The notes beneath the pieces were generated by a model. The model was not told where the DNA came from and did not search any database. It was given only the letters and a program-made list of their open reading frames with translations. The position numbers and the translations under genes are program-made. From positions 1 through 23,405 of the forward strand of contig JBBRAE010000041.1 in assembly GCA_038207085.1 (NCBI GenBank): a stretch of DNA of 23,405 bases, read 5' to 3'. Source of the stretch: Armatimonadota bacterium. Its GTDB lineage: Bacteria; Armatimonadota; UBA5829; DTLH01. This document shows, piece by piece, positions 1 to 9,713 of this stretch. Within the stretch, counting starts at the first letter, position 1. Each line of letters begins with the position of its first letter.

Positions 1-8
1 GCTTCTCT

Positions 9-677
9 TTAGATTCTCTGATCTTCCCTCAGAATAACCCTGCAGCCGCCTTCGTGGCTCTTTGACCAGTCGGTCATCTCGGCGATCTCCGTCAGGCGCT
101 CAAGCTCCCCTATCGACTTCAGGCGGTCGTAGATCAACTGCCAACCGCAGTCGAGACCCGCATCGACTTCGCACTTGCCGTCGCGTGCGCCGCCGCAGGG
201 GCCGTTCAGGAGCTTCTTTGAGCAGCGGGTAACAGGGCAGATGCCGCCGTAATGGCCGACCCGGCACGTGCCGCAGCCGATGCACTTCTCGGTCCAGACG
301 CCCTGGTTCTCAAGTATGCCGATGAACTCGGTGTTGACTCCTGGGAAGACGGGTTTACCTGGAAAGCGCTCGGCTATCGCCTGAACCCCCGCGCCGCAGG
401 CGAGGGAGACGATAGCATCGACGTCCTTTGCCGGGTCGCCGACTTCCTGGATGAACTCGTTCTCGCACTGGCGCTCGATCGTGAACTCGCGCACTTCTTT
501 CTGGTCGCCCGCGATACGAAACGCCATCCGAAGCGCCGACCCAAGCACGCCGACTTCCTTCTCGCCGCCGACCTGACACACTGTAACGCATGTCCCGCAG
601 CCAACGATCAGGATCCTGTTATATCTCTTCAGGTCATCCCTGAGCTCGCTTACACTTTTTCTTGATGCAACAATCAT
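9..677 (-). CDS. metV: MetV, Fe-S/zinc-finger partner subunit of methylene-THF reductase (MTHFR C-terminal domain family)
   Basis: 222 aa. Cys motifs GCGTCVTVCQVGG, RQCE, ACGAG, CIGCGTC, CPVTRCSKKLLNGPCGG and CEV..CGW. ATGA overlap with mvhD. The hdr-mvhD-metV context fits. Confidence 0.85.
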   Translation of the reverse strand: MIVASRKSVSELRDDLKRYNRILIVGCGTCVTVCQVGGEKEVGVLGSALRMAFRIAGDQKEVREFTIERQCENEFIQEVGDPAKDVDAIVSLACGAGVQAIAERFPGKPVFPGVNTEFIGILENQGVWTEKCIGCGTCRVGHYGGICPVTRCSKKLLNGPCGGARDGKCEVDAGLDCGWQLIYDRLKSIGELERLTEIAEMTDWSKSHEGGCRVILREDQRI

Positions 678-1120
678 CTCGTCACCTGTTCCCTATTACC
701 TGATTCCTGTTTGCTACCGAGCGGGTTGGGTCCGATCTTGCGCACCCGCTCCGTCATCTCGGTTACAATCTCCGCAAACCTCGCGCCCATCGCGCTTGAG
801 AGGTTATAAAACTCCACGCGCTCCGGCTCCATACCGGCCTCAAGCATGATCTGTTTGGCAAGGCCGATGCGCTTTTTGGCCCGGAGGTTCCCTTCCTGGA
901 AATGGCAGCCGCCTTCGAGGCATCCTGCGATGATCACGCCGTCCGCGCCGTTTTCAAACGCCCGCAGCACGTAGCCGATGTCCATCTTGCCCGTGCATGG
1001 CAGCCTGAGCACCCGGACGTTGGGCGGATACTGGAGCCTCATCGACCCCGCGAGGTCCGCCGCGGCGTATGCGCAGTAGTTGCAGCAAAGCGCCAGGATT
1101 TTCGGTTCGAAGTTACTCAT
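674..1120 (-). CDS. mvhD: MvhD/FlpD [2Fe-2S] subunit
   Basis: Start re-called to ATG 1120 (MSNFEPKILALCCNYCAYAAADLAG), which overlaps the hdrA stop as ATGA. Motifs PCTG and GCLEGGCHFQEGN. 148 aa. Confidence 0.92.
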   Translation of the reverse strand: MSNFEPKILALCCNYCAYAAADLAGSMRLQYPPNVRVLRLPCTGKMDIGYVLRAFENGADGVIIAGCLEGGCHFQEGNLRAKKRIGLAKQIMLEAGMEPERVEFYNLSSAMGARFAEIVTEMTERVRKIGPNPLGSKQESGNREQVTR

Positions 1121-4100
1121 AGCAGGGACAACTCCTCCATCATCGCATCGATTGCGGCGACGATCTGCAGGTCGGTGAAGTGCTGAAGCTCGATCGCCTT
1201 GCCCGGGCACGCCGAGGCGCAGCTTCCGCAGCCCATACACTTCGCGGCGTCGATTGCCACACGGGTCTTGCCGCCATTGTTGGTCGGGATCGGCGCGCCG
1301 TACGGACACACCTTGACGCATGTCATGCACGACGCGCACTTTCTGACGTCGACCACGCTCACCATACCACCGACGGGAATCGTCTTTCGCGAAAGCACCG
1401 TCGCCGCTCGTCCAGCGGCTGCAAGCGCCTGTGAGAGGTTCTCCGTAAGCGGCTTGGGCGAGTGCGCGAGGCCGCAAAGGAACAACCCTTCGGATGCGAA
1501 ATCCACAGGCCGAAGCTTCATATGCGCCTCAAGGAAGAACCCGTCCATATTGACCGGCACCTTGGCAAGCTCACTCACCGCAAGGTTGTCCCCGGCCGAT
1601 ATGCCCGTCGAAAGCGCGAGCAGATCAACCGAAAGATCGATCTTTCGCCCCGTCGCAGGCTCTGTAAACGTAACAACGAGCTTATCTTTGCCCGAAACGC
1701 GTGGCGCATCGTTCTCATCGTAGCGAATGAATATGACGCCAGCCTCGCGTGCCTTCTGGTAAGCCTCTTCGCGCATCCCGTAGGTGCGCATCTCGCGGTA
1801 AAGGACGACCACTTCGGCGTCCGGGCGCTTCTCTTTGATCGCAAGCGCGTTTTTCACCGCCGCCGAGCAGCACACGCGGCTGCAGAACGGACGCTCCTCG
1901 TTTCGCGAGCCGACGCAGCCAATCATCGCAACCGTCGCGTCTTTCGGCAGCTCAAGCCCACCGGCGAGCTTCTCTTCGAGGTCATACTGAGTCATAACTC
2001 TGGGGTCTTCACCCAGGAGATATTCGTTCGGACGGTGGGCAACGCCGCCCGTTGCGACTATCACAACACCGTGTTCAATAGTGCGGCCGTCCGAAAGCTT
2101 GCTTGCAAAATGGCCGATATGGCCATCGAGCTTAACAACTTCGGTATTCAGATACACCTTGATCCTGGGCATATTTTCGACCGACTCGATCAAACGATTC
2201 TTGAACGACTGAACATCCTCGCCAAAGAGCGTCTCGTGCATCTCGTGGAGCCGCCCGCCGAGCTTGCCGGACTTCTCGACCAGGTGCGTCGTATACCCCT
2301 GGCGCGCAAGAGAAAGCGCCGTAGTCAGTCCCGTCGCCCCGCCGCCGATCACCAGCGCCTCAGGAATGACCTTTTGCTGGTCGGTGGTAAGCGCATAGTT
2401 GTGCGCCGCACGGTTGACGGTCATCTGAACGAGATCAAACGCCTTGGAGGTCGCCGAATGGTGGTCGCCTGAGTGCACCCACGAGCATTGATCCCGGATG
2501 TTCGCCATCTCGACCAAATAGGGGTTCAGCCCACACTCCCGCGCCGTGTCCCTGAAGATCGCCTCGTGCGTTCTAGGCGAGCAGGAGGCGACGACCAGAC
2601 GATTGAGGTCGTGCTCCTTGATAAGCTCTTTGATGCGCTCCTGGCTGTTGTCGGCGCAGGCATAGACGGCCGTCTCGGCATAGAAGACACCCGGAATCTG
2701 GCGCGCGGCCTCGACGACCTTCTCTACATCAACGACTGATGCGATGTTGACGCCGCAGTGGCAGACAAAAAGCCCGACCCTGGGCGGCGCATCTGTGAAA
2801 TCGCGCTCTCGCGGATACTTCTTCTCAGTAACAAGCGTGCCTCGCCCTGGCGCAAGCAATTCCATCACCTGCGCGGCGGCCCCTGATGCCTGTGCAACCG
2901 TCTCGGGGATATCTTTTGGCCCCTGGAAGACGCCCGCGACAAACACGCCTGGTTTGCTAGTTGTGACCGGCTCAAGGCCGTCGGTCTTGCAGAACCCGCA
3001 GGCGTCGACGTCTATCCCGACCGTAGTCCCAAGCCGCTTCATCTCCGCGCTTGGAGTAAACCCAGTCGAGAGAACCACGAGGTCGAACTTCTCCTGCCGC
3101 TTCTCGCCGTCGATGTATGAAATCAAGAGGTCATGAGTCCCCGGCACGTCGATCAAACGCGAAGGCATCGCCCGCACGAACTTGACCCCGGCTGCTTTGG
3201 CGCGCTCGAAGTAGCGGTCAAAGTCTTTGCCGAAGGCTCTGATATCCATATAAAAGATGGTAACTTCAAGGCCCGGCTCATGCTCCATCGCGATGATCGA
3301 CTCTTTGATCGCCGCCATACAGCAGAACGCCGAGCAGTAACCCTTGCCGTTGGTGTGATCACGCGAGCCGACGCACTGGATAAACGCAAGCTTTCTGGGC
3401 GCTTTGCCGTCTGAAAGCCTCTGAATATGCCCGGAGAACGGCCCACTCGCCGAGAGCATCCGCTCAAACTGCACGTTTGTCACGACGTTGGGGTAGCGCC
3501 CGTAGCCAAACTCGCCGCGCACCTTGGCGTCAAACTCGCTCGCGCCCGGCGCAAGGAGCACCGCGCCCACCTCAAGCTCAACGAACACATCCTTCATCGT
3601 GTGATCGATCGCCTTAGGCTGGCAGACCTTGACGCATTCCATGCACTCACAGCAGAGCCCGCACGCAAGACAGCGCGAAGCTTCGGCCTTGGCCTGTTCC
3701 TCGCTGTAGCCCTCGTGAGGCAGGGGGATCTGTTTTTCACGAGGAATCGCGTTTCGTCTGTGCGCAAGCTCAAGCTTCTGGTGCTTCTCGTCGTTCCAAA
3801 GTCTCGGGTCCGCGCTTCTGCCCTCGGCCATGTCTTCGCTTCGGATATATCGGTCGATCGACTCAGCCGCGCGCTTGCCTGCAGCGACAGCTTCAGAAAG
3901 CGTCCCTGCGCCCGCGACGACATCTCCGCCCGCGAAGACTCCGTTTACGTTTGTAGCAAGCGTTACGGGGTCAACGTCTAAGAGGCCCCACTTGTTAAAC
4001 TCAAACTCTATACCGCCGCAGAAGTCCTTAGCAACCTGCTGACCGATCGCCACAAGCGCAGTGTCGCACTCGAGGGTGTGCTCGCTTCCCGCGACCGCCT

Positions 4101-5529
4101 CGGGTCTGCGCCTGCCGCTTGCGTCTTTGTCCTCAGAAAGCGCCATCTTGATAAGCTCCACGCCTGAGAGCTTGCCGTCACGCCCCACAAACCTCTTGGG
4201 GTTCACAAGGAAGCTGAACTTCACGCCTTCTGCTATCGCATCCTCGACCTCGGTCGGGTCAGCGGGCATCTCGCGCTTGGTCCGGCGATAAAGCACGGTC
4301 ACATCAGAGCCGATGCGACGAGCGGCCCGGGCGACATCCATCGCCGCGTTTCCGCCGCCGATCACAACGACCCGCTTGCCAATCTCCACCTTTTGCCCGA
4401 GGTTCACGCGCTTGATAAAATCAAGCCCCTTATCGACGCCCCTCAGCTCCTCCCCCTTGACGCCCATCTCGGTCGCCGCCTGAGCGCCCGCCGCGACAAA
4501 AACCGCGCTGTAGCCCTGGCCCTTGAGGTCAGCGATCGTCATATCGCGCCCTATGGGAGAGTTGGTCTTGATCTCAACGCCAAGCGACTCGATAGCTTTG
4601 ATCTCGCCGTCCATCACGTTGCGGGGCAGCCGAAAGTCCGGGATACCCATCCGCATCATACCGCCCGCAACCGCCATAGCCTCAAGGATCGTGACCCCAT
4701 AGCCGCGCCGAGCAAGGTAGTCAGCAGCTCCAAGCCCCGCAGGCCCCGAGCCGATAATCGCGACCCTCTCGCCTCTGCGCTCGATCTCAGGAGCAGTCTG
4801 AGCGCCCGTGTGCTCGATGACGAATCTCTTCAGCCCTCGCACCGAAAGCGGCTCATCATATCGCCCGCGCTGGCACTCGCTTTCACAGGGCCTGTGGCAG
4901 ACGTAGCTGCAGATCGAGGGCAGCGGGTTGTCCTTGCGGATGATCGCCACAGCCTCGTCAAACTTTCCATTGGCGACGAGCTGGATATAGGCCTGCGCGT
5001 TCTGCCCCATCGGACACGCCGAAACGCACGGAGCGGTGTCGCGCTTGCTGATCGAAAAAACGTTGGGGACAGCCTGAGCATAGGGACGATTGATCGCGCC
5101 CCGGGTATTGAGCCCCTTGTTGAACTCGTTTGGCACCCGCACAGGGCACGCTCGCTCGCAGTCGCCGCAGGCGTTGCACTTGTCCTCGTCGACCAGGCGC
5201 GCTTTTTTGCGCAGGCGAACGGTGAAGTTCCCCGCCTCGCCCGAGACCTCTTCGACCTCGGAGAGCGTCAGAATCTCGATATTCTGGTTGCGCGCGCACT
5301 CCACGAGCTTGGGCGATATGATACACATCGCGCAGTCGCCGGTCGGGAACGTCTTGTCGAGGCTCGCCATCCGCCCGCCGATCGAGGCCGTCGGCTCCAC
5401 AAGGTAGACCTTGAAGCCGGAGTTCGCCATATCTAGCGCGGCCTGAATCCCCGCGATACCACCGCCGCAGACCATCACCGCGCCCGTTGGGCTTATGCTA
5501 ATATTCGGTTGCATAGATTCTTCAATCAT
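1117..5529 (-). CDS. hdrA: Large HdrA-family flavoprotein (HdrL type): two HdrA FAD modules plus an inserted GltD-like NAD(P)H oxidoreductase module
   Basis: First HdrA module: GGGIAG, LDKTFPTGDC, IQCVGSR, YCSAFCC. GltD-like insert: CVSACP, CHRPCESEC, IIGSGPAG, VIGGGNAAMD, LYRR. Then CHCG/CSP/CSWVH. Second HdrA module: GGGATG, CVGSR, CSRVCC. C-terminal 2x[4Fe-4S] ferredoxin. Confidence 0.9.
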   Translation of the reverse strand: MIEESMQPNISISPTGAVMVCGGGIAGIQAALDMANSGFKVYLVEPTASIGGRMASLDKTFPTGDCAMCIISPKLVECARNQNIEILTLSEVEEVSGEAGNFTVRLRKKARLVDEDKCNACGDCERACPVRVPNEFNKGLNTRGAINRPYAQAVPNVFSISKRDTAPCVSACPMGQNAQAYIQLVANGKFDEAVAIIRKDNPLPSICSYVCHRPCESECQRGRYDEPLSVRGLKRFVIEHTGAQTAPEIERRGERVAIIGSGPAGLGAADYLARRGYGVTILEAMAVAGGMMRMGIPDFRLPRNVMDGEIKAIESLGVEIKTNSPIGRDMTIADLKGQGYSAVFVAAGAQAATEMGVKGEELRGVDKGLDFIKRVNLGQKVEIGKRVVVIGGGNAAMDVARAARRIGSDVTVLYRRTKREMPADPTEVEDAIAEGVKFSFLVNPKRFVGRDGKLSGVELIKMALSEDKDASGRRRPEAVAGSEHTLECDTALVAIGQQVAKDFCGGIEFEFNKWGLLDVDPVTLATNVNGVFAGGDVVAGAGTLSEAVAAGKRAAESIDRYIRSEDMAEGRSADPRLWNDEKHQKLELAHRRNAIPREKQIPLPHEGYSEEQAKAEASRCLACGLCCECMECVKVCQPKAIDHTMKDVFVELEVGAVLLAPGASEFDAKVRGEFGYGRYPNVVTNVQFERMLSASGPFSGHIQRLSDGKAPRKLAFIQCVGSRDHTNGKGYCSAFCCMAAIKESIIAMEHEPGLEVTIFYMDIRAFGKDFDRYFERAKAAGVKFVRAMPSRLIDVPGTHDLLISYIDGEKRQEKFDLVVLSTGFTPSAEMKRLGTTVGIDVDACGFCKTDGLEPVTTSKPGVFVAGVFQGPKDIPETVAQASGAAAQVMELLAPGRGTLVTEKKYPRERDFTDAPPRVGLFVCHCGVNIASVVDVEKVVEAARQIPGVFYAETAVYACADNSQERIKELIKEHDLNRLVVASCSPRTHEAIFRDTARECGLNPYLVEMANIRDQCSWVHSGDHHSATSKAFDLVQMTVNRAAHNYALTTDQQKVIPEALVIGGGATGLTTALSLARQGYTTHLVEKSGKLGGRLHEMHETLFGEDVQSFKNRLIESVENMPRIKVYLNTEVVKLDGHIGHFASKLSDGRTIEHGVVIVATGGVAHRPNEYLLGEDPRVMTQYDLEEKLAGGLELPKDATVAMIGCVGSRNEERPFCSRVCCSAAVKNALAIKEKRPDAEVVVLYREMRTYGMREEAYQKAREAGVIFIRYDENDAPRVSGKDKLVVTFTEPATGRKIDLSVDLLALSTGISAGDNLAVSELAKVPVNMDGFFLEAHMKLRPVDFASEGLFLCGLAHSPKPLTENLSQALAAAGRAATVLSRKTIPVGGMVSVVDVRKCASCMTCVKVCPYGAPIPTNNGGKTRVAIDAAKCMGCGSCASACPGKAIELQHFTDLQIVAAIDAMMEELSLL

Positions 5530-5577
5530 ATTCTTTAGTCTCCAAATGGAGTTAGAAAGCGAGAAAAGCTTAATCTC

Positions 5578-5698
5578 GATCGTGTCGTGTCTCCAGACGC
5601 GGCACGCATATTTGAGGAGTCTCCTGACTCCGATCCGTGCGCTGCGGGGTCAGAGACCCTGGGAATATCCGCGCTGGGTCTGGAGACCCAGCGCGATC
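5578..5698. repeat. REP-doublet-like palindromic element bounded by GATC
   Basis: GATC followed by hairpin cgtgtcgtgtc-tcca-gacgcggcacg at the left end. Mirrored hairpin cgcgctgggtc-tgga-gacccagcgcg followed by GATC at the right end. Inner small hairpins ggagtc-tcct-gactcc and gggtc-aga-gaccc. Confidence 0.65.
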
Positions 5699-5705
5699 AA
5701 AAGCA

Positions 5706-6560
5706 TTACTTCATCATCGCAGGCGCAGCCGTAAACAGCCTCCCAAGCCCAAGCGCCGAAGCGTCGAGCCCGAGCGCGTAGCCAATGAGCTGAGTAAAGT
5801 AAAGCACCGGCACGCCAAGCTTGGTGCCGTATTTGGACTCGATATCCTTCTGCCTCATATCCAAGTTCGCCTGGCAGAGTGGACACGCCGCGGCGAGGCA
5901 ATCGGCCCCGGCGGCTTTCGCCATCTCTATGATGTCCCGGCCAAGCTCTTCGACCGCCGACTTGTTGGTGATCGCAAAGCTCCCGCCGCAGCACTCAAGC
6001 GCGTGCGGCCACTCCATCGGCTCCGCTCCAAGAGCAATGAGCAGGTTCTCCATAAGCTTCGGCGACTCAGGGTCGTCAAATATCGAAAGCTCGCGCGGTC
6101 TTGAAAGCAAACACCCGTAATATCCGGCGACTTTGAGCCCGTCGAGACTCCGAACCGCCATACTCTTGATCTCAGCGATGCCGACATCTTCTGTAAGCAC
6201 CTGAAGCAGATGCCGCACCCGCACCTCACCCGCGTAGGGCATTCCGATAATCGCCTCAACCTTGGCGCGCATCTCGGGATCGTTTTTCATCACCATGTTT
6301 GCGTTGGCGAGCCTGCTGTAGCACGCCGCGCAGACCACGACCATATCGCGCCCAAGCTTTGCGGCCTCGGCGAGGTTCTTGGCGGGAAGCGCAACGGAAA
6401 GCGTCGCATCGACCGAGTGCGCCGGGGTCGAGCCGCAGCACGTCCAGCCCGGAAGCTCATCAAGCCTGATGTCGAGCGCTTTGGCTAGAGCCATCGTCGA
6501 CTCGTGGAAGTCCCGCGCCGTCGACTCAAGCGAACACCCGGGGAAGAAGGTGTATCTCAT
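5706..6560 (-). CDS. hdrB: Heterodisulfide reductase-like subunit B (two CCG domains)
   Basis: YTFFPGCSL, WTCCGS, VCAAC, YYGC, ECCGG and ACPLCQ. ATGA overlap with hdrC. Confidence 0.93.
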   Translation of the reverse strand: MRYTFFPGCSLESTARDFHESTMALAKALDIRLDELPGWTCCGSTPAHSVDATLSVALPAKNLAEAAKLGRDMVVVCAACYSRLANANMVMKNDPEMRAKVEAIIGMPYAGEVRVRHLLQVLTEDVGIAEIKSMAVRSLDGLKVAGYYGCLLSRPRELSIFDDPESPKLMENLLIALGAEPMEWPHALECCGGSFAITNKSAVEELGRDIIEMAKAAGADCLAAACPLCQANLDMRQKDIESKYGTKLGVPVLYFTQLIGYALGLDASALGLGRLFTAAPAMMK

Positions 6561-7099
6561 CGTTTCTTCTCCTCGACTTTCTGGAAAATCCGCCGCACAC
6601 CCGCAGAATCGGCGCCCTTGGGAGGCATAAGCTTCATTTTGCCCTTCTGAAACATCGCGCGGCCCTTGTCCATGTCGCTAAAGAAATCGCGCGTCTTAAG
6701 CTTGTAACTGAGCAGCATCAACGGCTCATAGACCCGTCCGTGGCGCTTAACAGAGCCGAGGAACGAGTCGTTAAACGCGCTAGACCTGCTCTCGGCCGAC
6801 TTCTTCTCCCGCGTCGCGATCTCCCGAAGCGCGTCGATCACCTCAGGGGTCTTGACCCCCATCGGGCATCGGCTGACGCATGTCGCGCACGAGGCGCACG
6901 CCCAAACCGTCTTGCTCTTGAGGACCTCCTCGCGCGCGCCGAGCTGGATCATACGGATCAACTGGCTTGGCCGCAGGTCGGTTTCAAAGCTCATCGGGCA
7001 CCCCGCGGAGCACTTGCCGCACTGGTAGCAGGCCGAAACCCTGAGCCGTCCCTGCGGATCGATCTCGGTCACAAACTCCGAAGTGAAAAGCTTACTCAT
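6557..7099 (-). CDS. hdrC: Heterodisulfide reductase-like subunit C (2x[4Fe-4S])
   Basis: CYQCGKCSAGCP and WACASCATCVSRCP. Start at 7099 preferred because GGAGG lies 9 nt upstream; 7108 is the alternative. Confidence 0.92.
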   Translation of the reverse strand: MSKLFTSEFVTEIDPQGRLRVSACYQCGKCSAGCPMSFETDLRPSQLIRMIQLGAREEVLKSKTVWACASCATCVSRCPMGVKTPEVIDALREIATREKKSAESRSSAFNDSFLGSVKRHGRVYEPLMLLSYKLKTRDFFSDMDKGRAMFQKGKMKLMPPKGADSAGVRRIFQKVEEKKR

Positions 7100-9713
7100 C
7101 GCCTTCATCCTCCAACCCCTCAGGGATAGGGCTCGACACAGCCGCCGGCTTCACCGCCGAAACCTTGCGGTAGACATCAAGCGGGCTGCGCTTGATCCCG
7201 TCGACGGTCAACAGATCATCGATCTTCACGCCAAACAGTCGCTCGTTTTCTTCAAGGAACGGCAGGATGACCTTCCAGTCGGCCTCGGTCATATCCGAGA
7301 AGTAGCCGCCGTTCAGCTGATCGAGCGAGAGCGTCTTTCGCGGGTCCCTGGCATAGATCGCGCCGCCCGAGGCAAGAGAGAACAGGTTGCTCCCCGGATA
7401 CGGCGACGCAAGCTCGACGATATTTGCATTGTGGTCGAACTTGACGCCGTTTAGGATAACAAACCCTCCACCCGCCAAGGGGTCCCCGGCCATAAACGAC
7501 TCGGCGAGGAAGTCGAGGCACGTCCCGTTGATAACAACCTTGGGCCGCCCGACGCCGTTGATAAGTGGCCGCCCGGCAGCATTTCCAAGAATCCAGACAT
7601 CTCCGCCCTTCGCGCCATACATAAAGGTCTGCCCGACGTCTCCATAGACCACGAGTTTCCCTTCTTTGGCGACCTGCCCGAGCTGGTCCTGTGCGTTGCC
7701 GTGGACGTAAAGCTCAAGCCCGTCTATGCCTGAGGCCAGATAGTCGCCAGAGCTTCCGTAGGCATCGATTCGCACCCCGTGAGTCCCCGGGCCAAGCCCA
7801 CACCCCAGGAACCTCTGCCCGATATAGCCGTAGCAGATAAAGCGTTTCCAACCCAGGAAGAACCCGTCGGCGACGTAGCGGGAATCGCAGTCGTCCTCGG
7901 GCGGGAACCCGTGGGCGTCTACAACAAGCACCTCTTCAAGCCCCTCAGGAGCACGAAGCTCGCCTCGCGTGTCCCAATCTATCCTGGCAAAGCGCGAAGC
8001 TCCAACCGCCTGAGGCATAAGAGTGACTGAGGCGAATATCTCGTCCAGACTCCGGTCGATAATATCAAGAATCGAGGCCCGCTTTTTCTCACCGGTCGGG
8101 TAATGCCTGTCGCGAAGAAGGGTCAGCGCCTCGATGATGACCGATTTGGCCGCATCCGACTCACCTGCGCGCTTCACAAGCTCGCGCGCCGTCCAGCGAA
8201 CGTCGTTCCAGCTCCAACTCGCAATGCTCGTCCTCACCCAGTCAAACATCAGTCCGGCATCAAACGAGCGAGCGACCTCATCGAGCTTGGCCGCGATATC
8301 ACCAGAGGCAGATGAAATCTCAGCCGTGAGATCAACGTGCTTCTGTCCCGATGGCAGCTTCACATCGCGCCCGAACTTGTCGGTGCAGACCATATCTTTC
8401 TCTTCGCCGCCGGTCAGCGTGAACATAAACGCGCCGCCGTCGGTGTGGCTTCCGCCTCGTGCGTTCCAATAGGTGTCGGCCACTCGGCAGAACCTGGGGT
8501 CTTCGGAGGCGAGGCTGTGGAGCGTCGCGTCGATCGCCTGCTTTTCAGAGCACAGAAAGCCGATCTTCACTTCCTCGTTCTCCATCATAGCAAACACCTG
8601 GGGCCGAAGCATCGCTGTGTCGGTGATGCCAAGCAGCTGATACTCCTGCTTGTCCGGGTTGCTCCGGGCGATGATAAAGAACCAAGGCCCGTCAGGCGAA
8701 GCATGAATGTGCGCGGCCTGCATCTGCCGGTAGACTTCCTGCTTTTCGATCGGCAACATATCAAAGTCCCGCTCGGTCGTCGGGGCGAGGCCTTCGATGA
8801 TATACTCAAGCGGATATTTATATATTCTATTCCAAAGGTCAAAAACGAGCACTGAGACCTCGGTGTCGGTCAGGAACAACGGCTTCACATTTCGCTGCAA
8901 CAGATACTCGCAGACCGAGTAGTAGTTCGCGAAGTCGCCGTTGTGGACCAGGGCCTCGTTCATCCCGCAGAAGGGGTGAGCGCCGCCGGGGTGCCACACG
9001 CGGCCCTTTGTGGGGTAGCGCTGGTGGGCGATCCAGATGTGGGCTTTGAAGTCCTCAAGACCATAGTATTCGACGTTCGCCTCGGCATACCCGACGATCT
9101 TGAAGATCGCCATATCGCGCCCGTGCGAGAGCACAAACGCCTGCTTGTCACCGAGCGCCGCATAGAACTTGGAGTTGAGCTTAAACGAGTTCTGATACAT
9201 AAACTCGTCCTCGATCTCCCGGGCGGGTGCGCCGTCAAGGCCCAGTTCTTTGGTAAACGCCTCAAGAACCGCGGGCTTAACTCGCACAAAGTATCGCCAA
9301 ACGTCCGGCGGCTTCACTTCAAGCCCGATCTCGCGCCAATCCTTGACCGGCTCGACAAAGGTTCGGGAGTGAACGTCAAACACGGGGTCGACGAACTCGG
9401 CTTCGACCGTTTCACGCGCCGCAGGGTCAAGGATCGCGATCTGGAGCAGATAGTGACTGCTCAAAATCTCTCGGGAGACGCCAAGCTGCTCAGGATCAAG
9501 CCCGACGCATGCGATGCCTCCGCCCTTGCCGTTGCCTCTGTTGTGCATCTGCACGCTAGGCTCATAGATGTGTTTTCCGCGCACGGGAACGGTAGACGCA
9601 AACCCCGTAACGCCGCATCCGCCTTCCTCGTCGACGCTCATCATGCCCTTCGGGTCCCAATCGCCGACAAGCCGCATCCGGCTATCAAGTATCTTCTTTG
9701 AAATATCAATCAT
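7092..9713 (-). CDS. Glutamate synthase-related subunit: class II glutamine amidotransferase domain fused to a C-terminal GXGXG beta-helix domain
   Basis: Amidotransferase motifs EEGG-CGVTGF (Ntn Cys33), HNRG, AHQRYPT..AHPF, HNGD and TDTE. C-terminal repeats GQRFLGCG, GSSGDYLASG, GDVGQTFMYGAKGG and GNAAGR. No FMN barrel. Confidence 0.85.
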   Translation of the reverse strand: MIDISKKILDSRMRLVGDWDPKGMMSVDEEGGCGVTGFASTVPVRGKHIYEPSVQMHNRGNGKGGGIACVGLDPEQLGVSREILSSHYLLQIAILDPAARETVEAEFVDPVFDVHSRTFVEPVKDWREIGLEVKPPDVWRYFVRVKPAVLEAFTKELGLDGAPAREIEDEFMYQNSFKLNSKFYAALGDKQAFVLSHGRDMAIFKIVGYAEANVEYYGLEDFKAHIWIAHQRYPTKGRVWHPGGAHPFCGMNEALVHNGDFANYYSVCEYLLQRNVKPLFLTDTEVSVLVFDLWNRIYKYPLEYIIEGLAPTTERDFDMLPIEKQEVYRQMQAAHIHASPDGPWFFIIARSNPDKQEYQLLGITDTAMLRPQVFAMMENEEVKIGFLCSEKQAIDATLHSLASEDPRFCRVADTYWNARGGSHTDGGAFMFTLTGGEEKDMVCTDKFGRDVKLPSGQKHVDLTAEISSASGDIAAKLDEVARSFDAGLMFDWVRTSIASWSWNDVRWTARELVKRAGESDAAKSVIIEALTLLRDRHYPTGEKKRASILDIIDRSLDEIFASVTLMPQAVGASRFARIDWDTRGELRAPEGLEEVLVVDAHGFPPEDDCDSRYVADGFFLGWKRFICYGYIGQRFLGCGLGPGTHGVRIDAYGSSGDYLASGIDGLELYVHGNAQDQLGQVAKEGKLVVYGDVGQTFMYGAKGGDVWILGNAAGRPLINGVGRPKVVINGTCLDFLAESFMAGDPLAGGGFVILNGVKFDHNANIVELASPYPGSNLFSLASGGAIYARDPRKTLSLDQLNGGYFSDMTEADWKVILPFLEENERLFGVKIDDLLTVDGIKRSPLDVYRKVSAVKPAAVSSPIPEGLEDEGDE

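Noticed and set aside
1121..1477. N-terminal extension of the 267-aa mvhD ORF; likewise the extensions at 11227-11364 and 18933-19097
   Set aside because: They overlap upstream genes or the UTR. Family similarity and RBS position point to the later starts.
674..5529. Selenocysteine recoding in HdrA or MvhD
   Set aside because: Both frames are open, with Cys at the relevant positions and no in-frame TGA.
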